From Eukaryota sp. TZLM1-RC (taxonomy: Eukaryota > Protista > Metamonada: BaSk clade): a stretch of 64,000 nucleotides of DNA. Of this stretch, positions 1 through 9,726 are shown in pieces. A model generated the notes under the pieces. That model did not search any database. It worked only from the letters and a program-made list of their open reading frames with translations, and was not told the DNA's origin. The position numbers and the translations under genes were made by a program. The number at the start of each line of letters is the position of its first letter. The first letter of the stretch is position 1. Location of the stretch: the NCBI GenBank assembly GCA_040285825.1, contig JAUPSS010000009.1:682001-746000 (forward strand), read 5' to 3'.

Positions 1-142
1 TTGATGTGAGAAAAATAAATAAATTTACAAACATTTATTAGCTACTTATAGTACAAAACTCCAGAAACAAATAGAGAAAAAAAGGTAAAGAAAAAAGAAC
101 AAATTTACCAAAATAACTCACATGAAATGATGAAACAACAAT

Positions 143-532
143 TTATTCAGTGTAAAGGCCATTCTGTTCCAAAATGTCTAAATAAGTCTGACGTGACATT
201 CCCAGCGGCTTGGGAGGAATCTGTGGTATATAGGGTGCGGAATGTCCATGTTTCACCATAACTTTTGTAATGGCACGTAAAAGCACTGGAATATAAGGGC
301 CTGAGCCCTTTGGGATCGAACCAATCAAGGAAAATAAGTTGTAAAGAGTATCTTGGATGGACTGTTCTGATGAGGGTCGCAGTGTTTCTTTTGGATGTGG
401 CGGTGTGGGCGTGGGTCTGTATGGTGCAGAGAGTTTAGAAGAAACAGAAGAAGTTGATTGTGGTGTAAAAACTTCACGTACTTGATGTACTCTGGGAGAA
501 GGTATGCTTCTAGAAGGCTTCCGAAGGGACAT
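143..532 (-). CDS. Hypothetical protein (129 aa, Ser/Pro-rich N-terminus)
   Basis: ATG-initiated ORF, more GC-rich than its flanks and followed by AT-rich sequence. No recognised domain. Confidence 0.5.
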   Translation of the reverse strand: MSLRKPSRSIPSPRVHQVREVFTPQSTSSVSSKLSAPYRPTPTPPHPKETLRPSSEQSIQDTLYNLFSLIGSIPKGSGPYIPVLLRAITKVMVKHGHSAPYIPQIPPKPLGMSRQTYLDILEQNGLYTE

Positions 533-612
533 CGGCTAACAGCACAAAAATGTCAAATAGTAGTAACCCGTTGAGATTCCTGGAATATGAAGGAATATGA
601 AGATGAAATGGA

Positions 613-2050
613 TTAAGTTGATCTTTTCAAAACTTGAGGACTTTCATATTTATCAATTTAGATGCTGATCATCAACATGAATCATATTAAGAACAACAGT
701 GACATTACGATTCCATAGACATCTATATTTGTTGCAAGTGAGTAAATTATGTCTAAGGACCGTTGGAGTCCTTGCTCTCCTGTATGGTCTTGGGTTTGGT
801 ACTCCATGCTTCTTCACATTTCACCTCTTTTTTCCTCGAGTACACATGCATGTCATAGACAACTTGTTCTATATTCATCCAACAGCAACAGACGGAATTT
901 GCGTTTTTTAAACATCTTTCGATAACCAACATTCTTTGTAAGTGCTTGATGTTTAAAATTGGTTTGCTTCCAATCACCCATCACTACAATGTTATCTTCT
1001 GACCTCCAAACTTATTGTCAAATTCATCCATCCATTTTGCTTCAAAGCTCTCTGTGACCATGAATCTTCGCAGTTCCTTAATTCTTTATTGAAGTAAAAA
1101 GCTCCATCATGGAGAGAAAAGTTGTTTTTTTGCCTTGCAGTAGTTTAGGAATTTTTCATGATGTAGAGTTTTTTGAAAATTGTTTTAATTCTTCTTTTCA
1201 CTGCTTTACAGTTTTTTGTTTTGAATAATCCATGATTCTTTACCATCCTTATATAATATTTGATGGTCTTTGTTTAGAGTTTCTCTCCTCCTTCGTGGAG
1301 CAGTCAGCTTCTTGAAAGTATATTCCTTTATTTTTGCTTTCTTGTTTTCATTTGGAGGAGGGGGATTTTGTTTTGGCCCGAAGTCTAGAATCTTTTGTTT
1401 TGTCTTTTTGTTTGTTTTTCATTCTATTAATAAAGCCTCTATTTCTTCCCTTGTTTTTTCATGATACCATTCGTCCCATTCTAATCTTGTATCTGTTGGG
1501 GTTGAGTGTGGTTCAGTTAACCTGTTGGGATTTGGGCAATTTATTTTTCGTTTCCCAGTCATCAATTGGTCCCTAATACCAGGGTTGCTTACTGTGAAGG
1601 TATTGTTTATCAGCTCATATCGCGGAATTTCAGTCAAGTACGGATCTTTTTCATCTTCTTCGGGCTTCCTAAGGCGACTCTTCCCAGCTTTATCATTTCG
1701 TATGAGATGTAACAGTAAAACTTTAGCATCAGTCCTCACAGAAAAATAAAAGCAATAATGATGGAAAACTCTTTTTCCCGTCCACATTATCCTTTTCCAA
1801 TATTGATGTTGGAATTTGTCCAACTTTCCACCCAGCAGCGCTTCAAAATATTTCGGATAATGGGATTAAAAATCTGTAAATTGCCTGGGTATTCCAGAAG
1901 GTATCTTAGTGGTCGGAAGTGCAAATAAATTATACTTAAAATGAGGATTGTTTGTGAAAGAATTATTTTCCAAATAAGCAATTCCTTAAACAAACAAAAA
2001 TATGAAATCAGGCATTGTAGTGCGTTGATACTTAGACAATAATTCAATTT
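613..2050 (-). pseudogene. Degenerate Fanzor1-like (eukaryotic TnpB-family) RNA-guided endonuclease
   Basis: Manual translation across frameshifts gives motifs in Fanzor1 order: SVRTDA; VSNPGIRD (RuvC-I DPG with D>N, codon 1586-1584); LTAPRRRRET; KTLHHEKFLNYCKAK; FEAKWMDEFDNKFG; IVVMGDW (978-970); TKNVGYRKMFKK; LLDEYRTSCL*HAC (879-850); PNPRPYR; HNLLTCNKYRCLWNRNV (RuvC-III NRD with D>N, 706-704). Several stops and frameshifts; 5' boundary approximate. Confidence 0.8.
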
Positions 2051-2278
2051 TTGAATTTCGTCTAAATTAGCTACAAATTAGATTCAATTTTGATTTAACA
2101 ACATAATTCTTGAAGACAGCAGTTCTTTAAGGGTGTCAAAAAAACCTGATCAGGTAGAGTCAACTGAAGATTATAGAAGATATTGAATAATCAAAAGCAA
2201 GGATGAATTGAAGAATATAGGGTATTATGGAGGAGTTGAAATAATTTATTAAAAACAAGGATCCTAGCTGATTAAAGT

Positions 2279-2644
2279 TCAGAGGGGTATGATAGACGTG
2301 AAGATCCTAAATGGGAAAGCAATAAAAACAAGAGGTCTATTTCTATCAGCATTAGCTTCTTCGATATCATTGTCATATTTTCTATGTTTTTCTTGAGCTT
2401 TAAAATCAAGAGCACTTACAGTATTAAGTTTTCTTCTTTGAACCAAAATGTTATTTGCAACATTACAGGAGACAAGGTCAACAATAGTTTCAGAGTTATA
2501 AATACAATCACAATATACATCACCTCTATCATCAGAACCAAAATTATTCAGAGACATTGTTTCCTTCAACAGAGGCTCTTTGATACACGATATTCTTGCA
2601 GTTTGTGTCATTGATAACAGTGTCTCTAACAACATTAATGGCAT
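2279..2644 (-). mobile_element. Fragment of RLE-type non-LTR retrotransposon, family B (endonuclease domain)
   Basis: EPLLKE...DRGDVYCD...IVDLVSCNV...EKHRKY...FIAFPF is an RLE-like motif series. Homologous to 50665-51090 and 29010-29335. Confidence 0.7.
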
Positions 2645-2705
2645 TAATTAATTGGCAAATGGATTTTTGAATGTTCAAAAATCTTCAATATCACAACAAG
2701 ATCCA

Positions 2706-3248
2706 ATGGATCTTTTGAAACCTATACAGGAGCTTGGTCTCCGTGAGTGCATCCTTCGTTCCCTCAATGTCTTACTTATCGGTGTCTCTGCACTTATGAT
2801 CTGGAATTCTTTTATTATCGTTACAAATACGAAAAGTCCGATCGTTGTTGTTCTCAGTGGTTCTATGGAACCTGGTTTCTCCCGTGGGGATTTGTTGCTT
2901 TTGTGGAAGACCAGAACCATAGACATTGGCGATATTGTTGTTTATGAATTACCTGCCAAAAACATTCCCATAGTGCACAGAGTCATCTCGATACACCAGT
3001 CACCCAAAACCAAGGAAACCTTGTATTTAACCAAAGGGGATGCTAACCAAGTTGATGATCAGGGACTCTATTATGAAGGTGGAATCAAGGATGCCATGTT
3101 GCGAGAAGAACATGTACTGGGCGTAGTCAAGGCTTATCTACCTTTCGCTGGAATGTTTACTATATGGATGGCTGACTATCCGATGTTGAAGTTTGTTTTG
3201 CTTGCCATTTTAGCTGCTACTTCTTTTTCAAATAAAGATGAAAAGTAA
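2706..3248 (+). CDS. SEC11: Signal peptidase complex catalytic subunit
   Basis: Motifs SPIVVVLSGSMEPGFSRGD, IPIVHRV, LTKGDANQVDD. First ATG at 2706. Confidence 0.95.
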   Translation: MDLLKPIQELGLRECILRSLNVLLIGVSALMIWNSFIIVTNTKSPIVVVLSGSMEPGFSRGDLLLLWKTRTIDIGDIVVYELPAKNIPIVHRVISIHQSPKTKETLYLTKGDANQVDDQGLYYEGGIKDAMLREEHVLGVVKAYLPFAGMFTIWMADYPMLKFVLLAILAATSFSNKDEK

Positions 3249-3864
3249 ATATAAACAATAATTAGTTGAGTTCATTTGTTTCAACTTTGCCATTTCCAAT
3301 TCTTTGTATTCTTAAAGGACCAAAAAGTACATCAATGATTGCTTTTTGATCAGTTACAACAAAATGATTTATTGATATGACAAAATCTCAACAAACACTT
3401 TTGATATAAATCACTGCAAAATAATATAAACTTTTTTATTTTTAAATGAATATAACTAAATTTATAATAATTGGATTAATCGTGTTGGTAACTTTTGGCA
3501 GTATCAATACATTGTTTGAGTTGTACGTCAACCACATCTGAATCAGATGATCTGATTATATGTAACAATGTACAACAATGTGGCTGAAAAATCTCAAAAA
3601 GTATTAGAGGGTGAACAAATTTTTGTTGGTGAAAATGTCAGGCCCCAAAAAAAGGCAGAAAGCAGATTTAAAAATAGAAGAATTAAGTCATGTTTTCTAA
3701 AGGTTGAGCCCTGGCAAAATGATCCAACAAATTGCACAGCATAGCAAAAACTGAAAGATTTTACAGCAGATGTTATTCCCAAGGTGAAAAAAATGTTTAT
3801 TTTAAACCCAGCTTTTACAATAAAAGAACATAAAATGTTTGGAAGAACTGAGTGGGAGGACAGA

Positions 3865-4048
3865 ATCAGATGCATCACATCTGGGAGCAGGGCCTGACAT
3901 ATCAGACTTTACTGAGACATAGACGATACTGGCATCACCTGTCCCAACGTATGAGTTCCATTTAGAGTGGTAAGGCATTTTAATAATCGAACTTGACAAT
4001 TCAACATTCATTAACCTACAATAATGCAAGACATCTCTCATAAACTCG
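3865..4048. repeat. Near-identical copy of 6915-7099 (ARPC3 5' end, intergenic promoter and first 8 codons of CAP)
   Basis: Direct comparison: 184 vs 185 bp with 3 substitutions and 1 indel. Confidence 0.95.
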
Positions 4049-4475
4049 TTGATGACACAGTCTCTTCGATTCTCTCAGCGGGTTATCCCTTAGATGATAT
4101 ACAAGTTATCATCCAGAAGGTCTCATCAACAGTAGATCGTTACATCAGTCGAGTAGACGAGCTTCTCATACATATTAATATTGTTTGTTCACATTCTGAC
4201 ATTTATTCTAGTGTCAACAAAACCGTCTTGCAGTAAATAATCAATGGAAGGAACTACACTCTGCAGCAGAGCGTCTCGCTTCTTTCTTTACCAAAATTGA
4301 CTCCATGGAACAAACTATACGGCGTGTTATGACCATGGTTTCCCTTTTAGAAAAGGGCGTCTCTCATTTTCAACAAAAACACCAAGAAATAACCAAAGGA
4401 AAAGCAAGGCCGGACGAAAAGTTAGATGTAGAGGATCTACTCAAAATTGAGGACATGCTGGCTGACCAAAAGTAG
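4024..4475 (+). CDS. BLOC-1 subunit 4 (cappuccino)-like coiled-coil protein, 140 aa, one intron (4183-4211)
   Basis: Removing the 29-nt GTTTGT...CTAG intron gives a continuous ORF. SRVDELL...LHSAAERLASFFTKIDSMEQTIRRVMTMVSLLEKGV resembles the BLOS4/Cnl1 core, judged by eye. Confidence 0.6.
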
Positions 4476-4937
4476 ATTCTTAGTGTTGTATATGCTTTTT
4501 AATATGAGCTTTCATCTTTGTATATATTATGTACAAATTTCAGGAAATTTGATCAAATAAATTAGAATCAAACACTATTTTTTGAAAAATTGTTTGAATT
4601 CTTTTGAGAAGAGTGGTAATAATAGATACCCATTGGGTGAACTTGCTTTCTAAATTTATTAGATTTAGAATGTAATGATGTTTTATAACAATATTATCAA
4701 CCAAATCTGTGAGAGATTGCAAGGTTTATTTAACTTTTGGAAATGATTTCAAGTTGAAAAGTAAGACATTTTTTTAAGTACAAGAGAAAATAGAATTTAC
4801 AGAGTTAATTGAGTTTTAAAAAATAATAATAAATTGATAATTAACAAACGAAATAACCAAGTCGATGCAATATTTAAGGTAAAATTTTCAAAAAATATAA
4901 TACATTTAAAAAAAAGAATCAAATTCATAAGCACAGG

Positions 4938-6053
4938 CTAACTTTCATTAATAATACTCAGGCTAGAACTCGAAAACTTGGCCAGGTACTGGTCCACTGC
5001 TTGAAGATCAACATCATCATCCAAATCTCTAAGAAAAGAAGCAGAGACCACTGGAGAAGAAGGGCATGGAGGAGACGAAGGACAGGGATTCTCATGATCA
5101 CCAACTTCGTGTTGAGAGACCGGGGACTTAAAATCATCTGTAAACTCATCCTCGTCACGTGATAGTTCGTTTGACTTTTGGAGATCCTGAGAATGATCAA
5201 AACTTTGAAAGACTCTGGCATTTAACTCCCTAGAAGCATTTATTAGTTTTGTGGTCGGGCTCTCAGGAATATAGTTTGTATTGTTGGTGGTGTCTATGTG
5301 GTTATTTCTTGAAGCATTTTGTGCAACTATTGTTGATTCTAATTGGGATACGTAACAGTCTTGCTTTTCCATTTTTGATTCTAAATCTTCAATCCTCTTT
5401 AGTAACCATTTAATTCTAGTAACCGCGCCTACTAGCTGTGATTGCAGTCTATTGACGTCATCAGTCTTGCTCTTTCTGAGCTGTTTGATTGATTCTCGAA
5501 GACTAGCAATCGTAGAATCCTTATCATTCGCTTGTTTTGTTAAAACTCGAATTTGGTCATTTAGTTTCTTATTATCTACTTTAATGGAATTTACACTCTC
5601 ATGTCTATTTAAAACAATATTAGTGCTATATTGCTTTGGCGGTTGTGATTGTTCTATGATGCCGTTCTCAGAAAGTTCTCTGTATAATCGTTGCTCTCTC
5701 GGAGTGAGTGCACAAGAGGTTTTGTTATTCAATGACGTAAGTAAAGCAGATCGAAGAGTACTAATTGTTGATTCGAGTGAGTTGATACGAGTGACAGCTT
5801 CGTGAAGAGAACGAGATGTGGATTCAACTTCTGTAGATAAACGAGAATTTGTGTCTAGTGCAGATTCAAGTTCATTGGATAAATCTCTTATTTGGGTGGT
5901 TTGTTTAAGGGTTTTGGAAGCAAAATCGTCCCTTGAAGCCTGAAGTTGGGAATTGAGCTGCCGATTTTTCTCTTCAAGGAGTTCGTTGACACGTTTGTAA
6001 TGTGAAATGGAACGCTGAAGCTGCCGTGCATCGGAGCTAAGCACACTAGACAT
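4938..6053 (-). CDS. Coiled-coil protein of unknown function (371 aa)
   Basis: Long intact ORF with heptad-rich N-terminal two thirds and a low-complexity tail. Confidence 0.75.
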   Translation of the reverse strand: MSSVLSSDARQLQRSISHYKRVNELLEEKNRQLNSQLQASRDDFASKTLKQTTQIRDLSNELESALDTNSRLSTEVESTSRSLHEAVTRINSLESTISTLRSALLTSLNNKTSCALTPREQRLYRELSENGIIEQSQPPKQYSTNIVLNRHESVNSIKVDNKKLNDQIRVLTKQANDKDSTIASLRESIKQLRKSKTDDVNRLQSQLVGAVTRIKWLLKRIEDLESKMEKQDCYVSQLESTIVAQNASRNNHIDTTNNTNYIPESPTTKLINASRELNARVFQSFDHSQDLQKSNELSRDEDEFTDDFKSPVSQHEVGDHENPCPSSPPCPSSPVVSASFLRDLDDDVDLQAVDQYLAKFSSSSLSIINES

Positions 6054-6515
6054 GAGGGGTTTAATTGTAAATCCAATTCAAAACAATTTTTTTCTCGCAA
6101 TTGATTGCAGGAAATCACCTGAACAAATGAATTCCTCTACTTTTTTGGATAGGGGTGCTGTAATCGTTCTAAAGAGTGGTTTAAAGAGTGATCGTTTCTT
6201 TTATGTTTGACTTTAATTTACCAAATTGATTGACCTCCACTAACATCCCCTGACCCTTTTTCCTGTACACACATATTTTTCACTGAGAGAACAGCATGGG
6301 CAGAGATACTCTCACCAATTGATATCAATATGAAAATTGCCAACCAACAGCATTGCCATTTGAGTACAACGTTTATTCAAAAACCTGTTTCCAGAAACGT
6401 TCAATACCAAAATCTGACACTCTGATTTAACAAATCACAAGGATTAGTAAAAATATTATTGAGCAAAAACAAAAAAGTCTACACAATAATTTATTATATT
6501 CACATTAAACCAATA

Positions 6516-7028
6516 CTAACGCACCTTAATACCCAAAAACTCATTCCTAGACCACATCATCCACCACTTGGATTTCTCATGTGGTACGGTAAAGACCTTT
6601 GAAACAAGAAGAGAACCAAGCTTTCTTCTGAGCTGAACAAAGTATTGTCTAAATGTGCTTTCATCTTTTGGTGGGGTGAAAATGGAGTTGAGATGGAAAT
6701 CAGAACTTCCTGGTAGGCTAACCTCTTCAGATGCAACCATGTGCATGATTTTATTAGCTTCATCTTGATTAGAAGCCTTTTCAAGGCGTCGCAAGAATTG
6801 TACAGTTGTGAGAGTGAGGTAGATGAGTAATCGATCAGCGGGACCTTCAAGATTAAACTGTTTTGACAAAACGTTGGCCTTAAAGAGCCGAAGGGTTTCT
6901 TCAACAATATCTTCATCAGATGCATCACATCTGGGAGCAGGGCCTGACATATCAGACTTTACTGGGACATAGACGATACTGGCATCACCTGTCCCAACGT
7001 ATGAGTTCCATTTAGAGTGGTAAGGCAT
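6516..7028 (-). CDS. ARPC3: Arp2/3 complex subunit 3 (p21-Arc)
   Basis: MPYHS start, DIVEETLRLFKAN, ADRLLIYLTL, YFVQLR and SKWWM motifs. ATG at 7028. Confidence 0.93.
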   Translation of the reverse strand: MPYHSKWNSYVGTGDASIVYVPVKSDMSGPAPRCDASDEDIVEETLRLFKANVLSKQFNLEGPADRLLIYLTLTTVQFLRRLEKASNQDEANKIMHMVASEEVSLPGSSDFHLNSIFTPPKDESTFRQYFVQLRRKLGSLLVSKVFTVPHEKSKWWMMWSRNEFLGIKVR

Positions 7029-7074
7029 TTTAATAATTGAACCTTCACAATTCAACATTCATTAACCTACAATA

Positions 7075-8343
7075 ATGCAAGACATCTCTCATAAACTCGA
7101 CGACGTTATCCGATATCTTAAGTCTATCGATGCTAGTCTAGCATCTCCAAAGGCCAGTGTTACTGAAACTCAAACTTCTGCCCCAACAGTATCTTCGCAA
7201 GCCGATCTCCCACCTTCCGTTAAGGCTTGGGACGAAATGGTCAGTCCTAAAATCCAAGAAGCTTGCGATTTGGCCACAAAGGTCAATCCCATCGTTGAGA
7301 AGAACACCAAGCATCTCAAGACTGCATTTGATGCTGTACGTGGCCTCATCCTCTACGCCTCCCAACACAAGGCTCCCAAGGACTCTGAGTTGGTCAACTA
7401 TTTCCAACCCATTATCTCACTCACCGAAGGTTTTGATAATCCTATGCGCAGTGACACTAACTTCTCTCACGTCAAAGCCCTTGCTGAAGGTTCTGCCACT
7501 CTCACTTGGATGTGCTACAAGCCCACTCCTGTTCCATTTATTAATGACATGCTTCCTTCCGCTCAGTTCCATGGTAACAAGATCATCATGGCTGCCCGTA
7601 ATGATCCCTCAAAAGAAGCTGACATGCACTGGTGGAAGGCTGTTGAAGCTGCTTTCAAGGCCATGAGTGCATATGTCAAGGAACACCATTTGACAGGCTT
7701 AGTTTGGAACCCTCGTGGTGAAGATGCAGGGGCTCCTCCAAGCAGTTATGTTGAAGGTCAAGATATGAGTAAAGCGGAAACCACAAGCAAAACTGAAGAA
7801 AAACCAAAACCAGCTCCCAAACCTGCTCCCAAACCTGTTGCCGGCAAAACTTCGACTGCAGGTAAAAAGGCCGCTCCTCCAATTACAGAGAAGGACCGTA
7901 GGAGATGGCGTGTAGAGAATCACACAGAAGGTCATATTGAACTTGATGATGTTACTGGAGGTCAAACTGTTTCTATTTATAACTGCAAGAACTGCACTGT
8001 TAAAGTTAATGGTAAAGCTCGCAATGTATCCATTGAAAGATGCCAAAAAGTAGGTGTCGTTTTCGATTCTTGTATTGCTTCTGCTGAGGTGAATAACTCC
8101 AAAAGTATTCAGTTGCAGCCATTAGGATCTGTACCAATTATCAACATTGAATCTACTAATGGTTGTAGAGTTTACTTTAACGAAGACCATGTAAAAAATA
8201 CTGAAGTTATCACCGTAGCTTCAATTGATATGAATATTATTGCAAACGTCGGAGAAGAGCCCAAAGAGTTTAACATTCCTCAGCAATATCGTCATGTTTT
8301 TGTTGATGGTAAGCTCAAGACCGAGGAGGTAATCCATGGTTAG
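7075..8343 (+). CDS. CAP: Adenylyl cyclase-associated protein (CAP/Srv2)
   Basis: AQFHGNKI, YVKEHHLTGLVWN, Pro-rich linker and a C-terminal CARP beta-helix (WRVEN, VNGK, EFNIPQQY). Confidence 0.95.
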   Translation: MQDISHKLDDVIRYLKSIDASLASPKASVTETQTSAPTVSSQADLPPSVKAWDEMVSPKIQEACDLATKVNPIVEKNTKHLKTAFDAVRGLILYASQHKAPKDSELVNYFQPIISLTEGFDNPMRSDTNFSHVKALAEGSATLTWMCYKPTPVPFINDMLPSAQFHGNKIIMAARNDPSKEADMHWWKAVEAAFKAMSAYVKEHHLTGLVWNPRGEDAGAPPSSYVEGQDMSKAETTSKTEEKPKPAPKPAPKPVAGKTSTAGKKAAPPITEKDRRRWRVENHTEGHIELDDVTGGQTVSIYNCKNCTVKVNGKARNVSIERCQKVGVVFDSCIASAEVNNSKSIQLQPLGSVPIINIESTNGCRVYFNEDHVKNTEVITVASIDMNIIANVGEEPKEFNIPQQYRHVFVDGKLKTEEVIHG

Positions 8344-8946
8344 AGCTTGTTCTTTTGTTTATTTAGAAAGTAAATTTTGTAATTATTTTGTATTTTCGTC
8401 ACTGCTGATAGCAATAATCTTTCCCCAAACAAGGTGATTTTGTTGTACGAATGATAATTCGATAATTCAGTCACTACAACAGCATTTTTTCACCTCAGTT
8501 TTGAATTACAGAGGATAAGTAATTGAAAAAGTTCAATGGTGAGGGTCTTTCTATAAATCAGCTTCTCTTTTAGTTATTGGATGCCGAAAATCTAAAAACG
8601 TATTATACTTGAAAGTGTTGAATTACGTTTTGAATCATGTCTTGTTGAGCGTTATAGATGTCTTTTGAAGTTGTTCAACACAATCGCCACTGTCCATTTC
8701 AAATGATATATTTAGTAGGCTAAAATAAAGCATTCATTAACCACTATTTCTACGTCCAAAGGACATGAAACTGTTGCAGTATTTTAATTCTAAAGAACTT
8801 GTCTCAGAAACTGTGAACCAGAGAAAAAGATTCGAAAAAACCATTACTTACAACAATTAAAATATTAATCTAACAAATGATGATGTCAGAATGACGACAT
8901 AATCCAATAGAAAGAAAATAAAAATTATAATAATAATGAAAAATAA

Positions 8947-9726
8947 TTATTTATTGATGGCTTTATCACGGACAGCCATTGCAGCTTGAACTGCCAGACG
9001 ATCAGCCTGCTGATTACCAAAGCACTGGGCATGACCTCTCACCCACTTCCATTGAACAGTTAGTTGCTGATGAATTTGGTCCAATTGCTGCCACAAATCA
9101 CGGTTTTTGACATCAGTTCTGTTGCTGGTTTTCCAATTGTTTCTTTTCCAGCTATGGACCCAAGACTCTATTCCGTTCTTAACGTACTGACTGTCCGTCA
9201 GAAGAACAATCTCGTATTGGGACTGACTAGCTGAAACATGTTGCTTTAAATACTTGAGACCTTCTATACATGCTAGTAACTCCATCTTATTATTGGTGGT
9301 ATCCAAAGAACCAGCATTCAGTTCAGCAAATTTTTGTCCGTTCAACTCAATGTAGACTCCCATACCACCCACATTACTGCCACGCCCCTGATTGTTCAGA
9401 CAAGATCCATCTGTGTAAACAAAGAATTTTTGAATTGGTGATTGCTCAGGAATGTGTAAGAATTCCGGTATTGGTTCGGATATTGCTTCTGGTTTGGGTT
9501 TGGCTATTGGTTCAGATATTGCTTCTGATTTGGGTTTGGTTATTGGTTCGGATATTGCTTCTGATTTGGGTTTGGTTATTGGTTCCTCCTTTATAGGGGG
9601 TTCCTCTTGTGTCTCAGATGTGAATGGAGGAATAAGTGACTCTAATTGACATATCCCATCTTGGAGTTCAGTGGCCTTTAACTTGAGTTGTTGAAGCTGG
9701 CTGCGTAAAGCATCAAGATCAGCCAT
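8947..9726 (-). CDS. Ribonuclease H1 (RNase HI catalytic domain) with coiled-coil and repeat N-terminus
   Basis: VYTDGSC, TTNNKMEL, TDSQYVKNGI, WKRNNWKT, VKNRDLW, WVRGH and GNQQADRLA. ATG at 9726. Confidence 0.92.
   Translation of the reverse strand: MADLDALRSQLQQLKLKATELQDGICQLESLIPPFTSETQEEPPIKEEPITKPKSEAISEPITKPKSEAISEPIAKPKPEAISEPIPEFLHIPEQSPIQKFFVYTDGSCLNNQGRGSNVGGMGVYIELNGQKFAELNAGSLDTTNNKMELLACIEGLKYLKQHVSASQSQYEIVLLTDSQYVKNGIESWVHSWKRNNWKTSNRTDVKNRDLWQQLDQIHQQLTVQWKWVRGHAQCFGNQQADRLAVQAAMAVRDKAINK
9469..9585. repeat. 36-bp coding minisatellite, ~3.2 copies (EPITKPKSEAIS), inside the RNase H1 gene
   Basis: TATTGGTTCRGATATTGCTTCTGRTTTGGGTTTGGY repeated in tandem. Confidence 0.9.
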
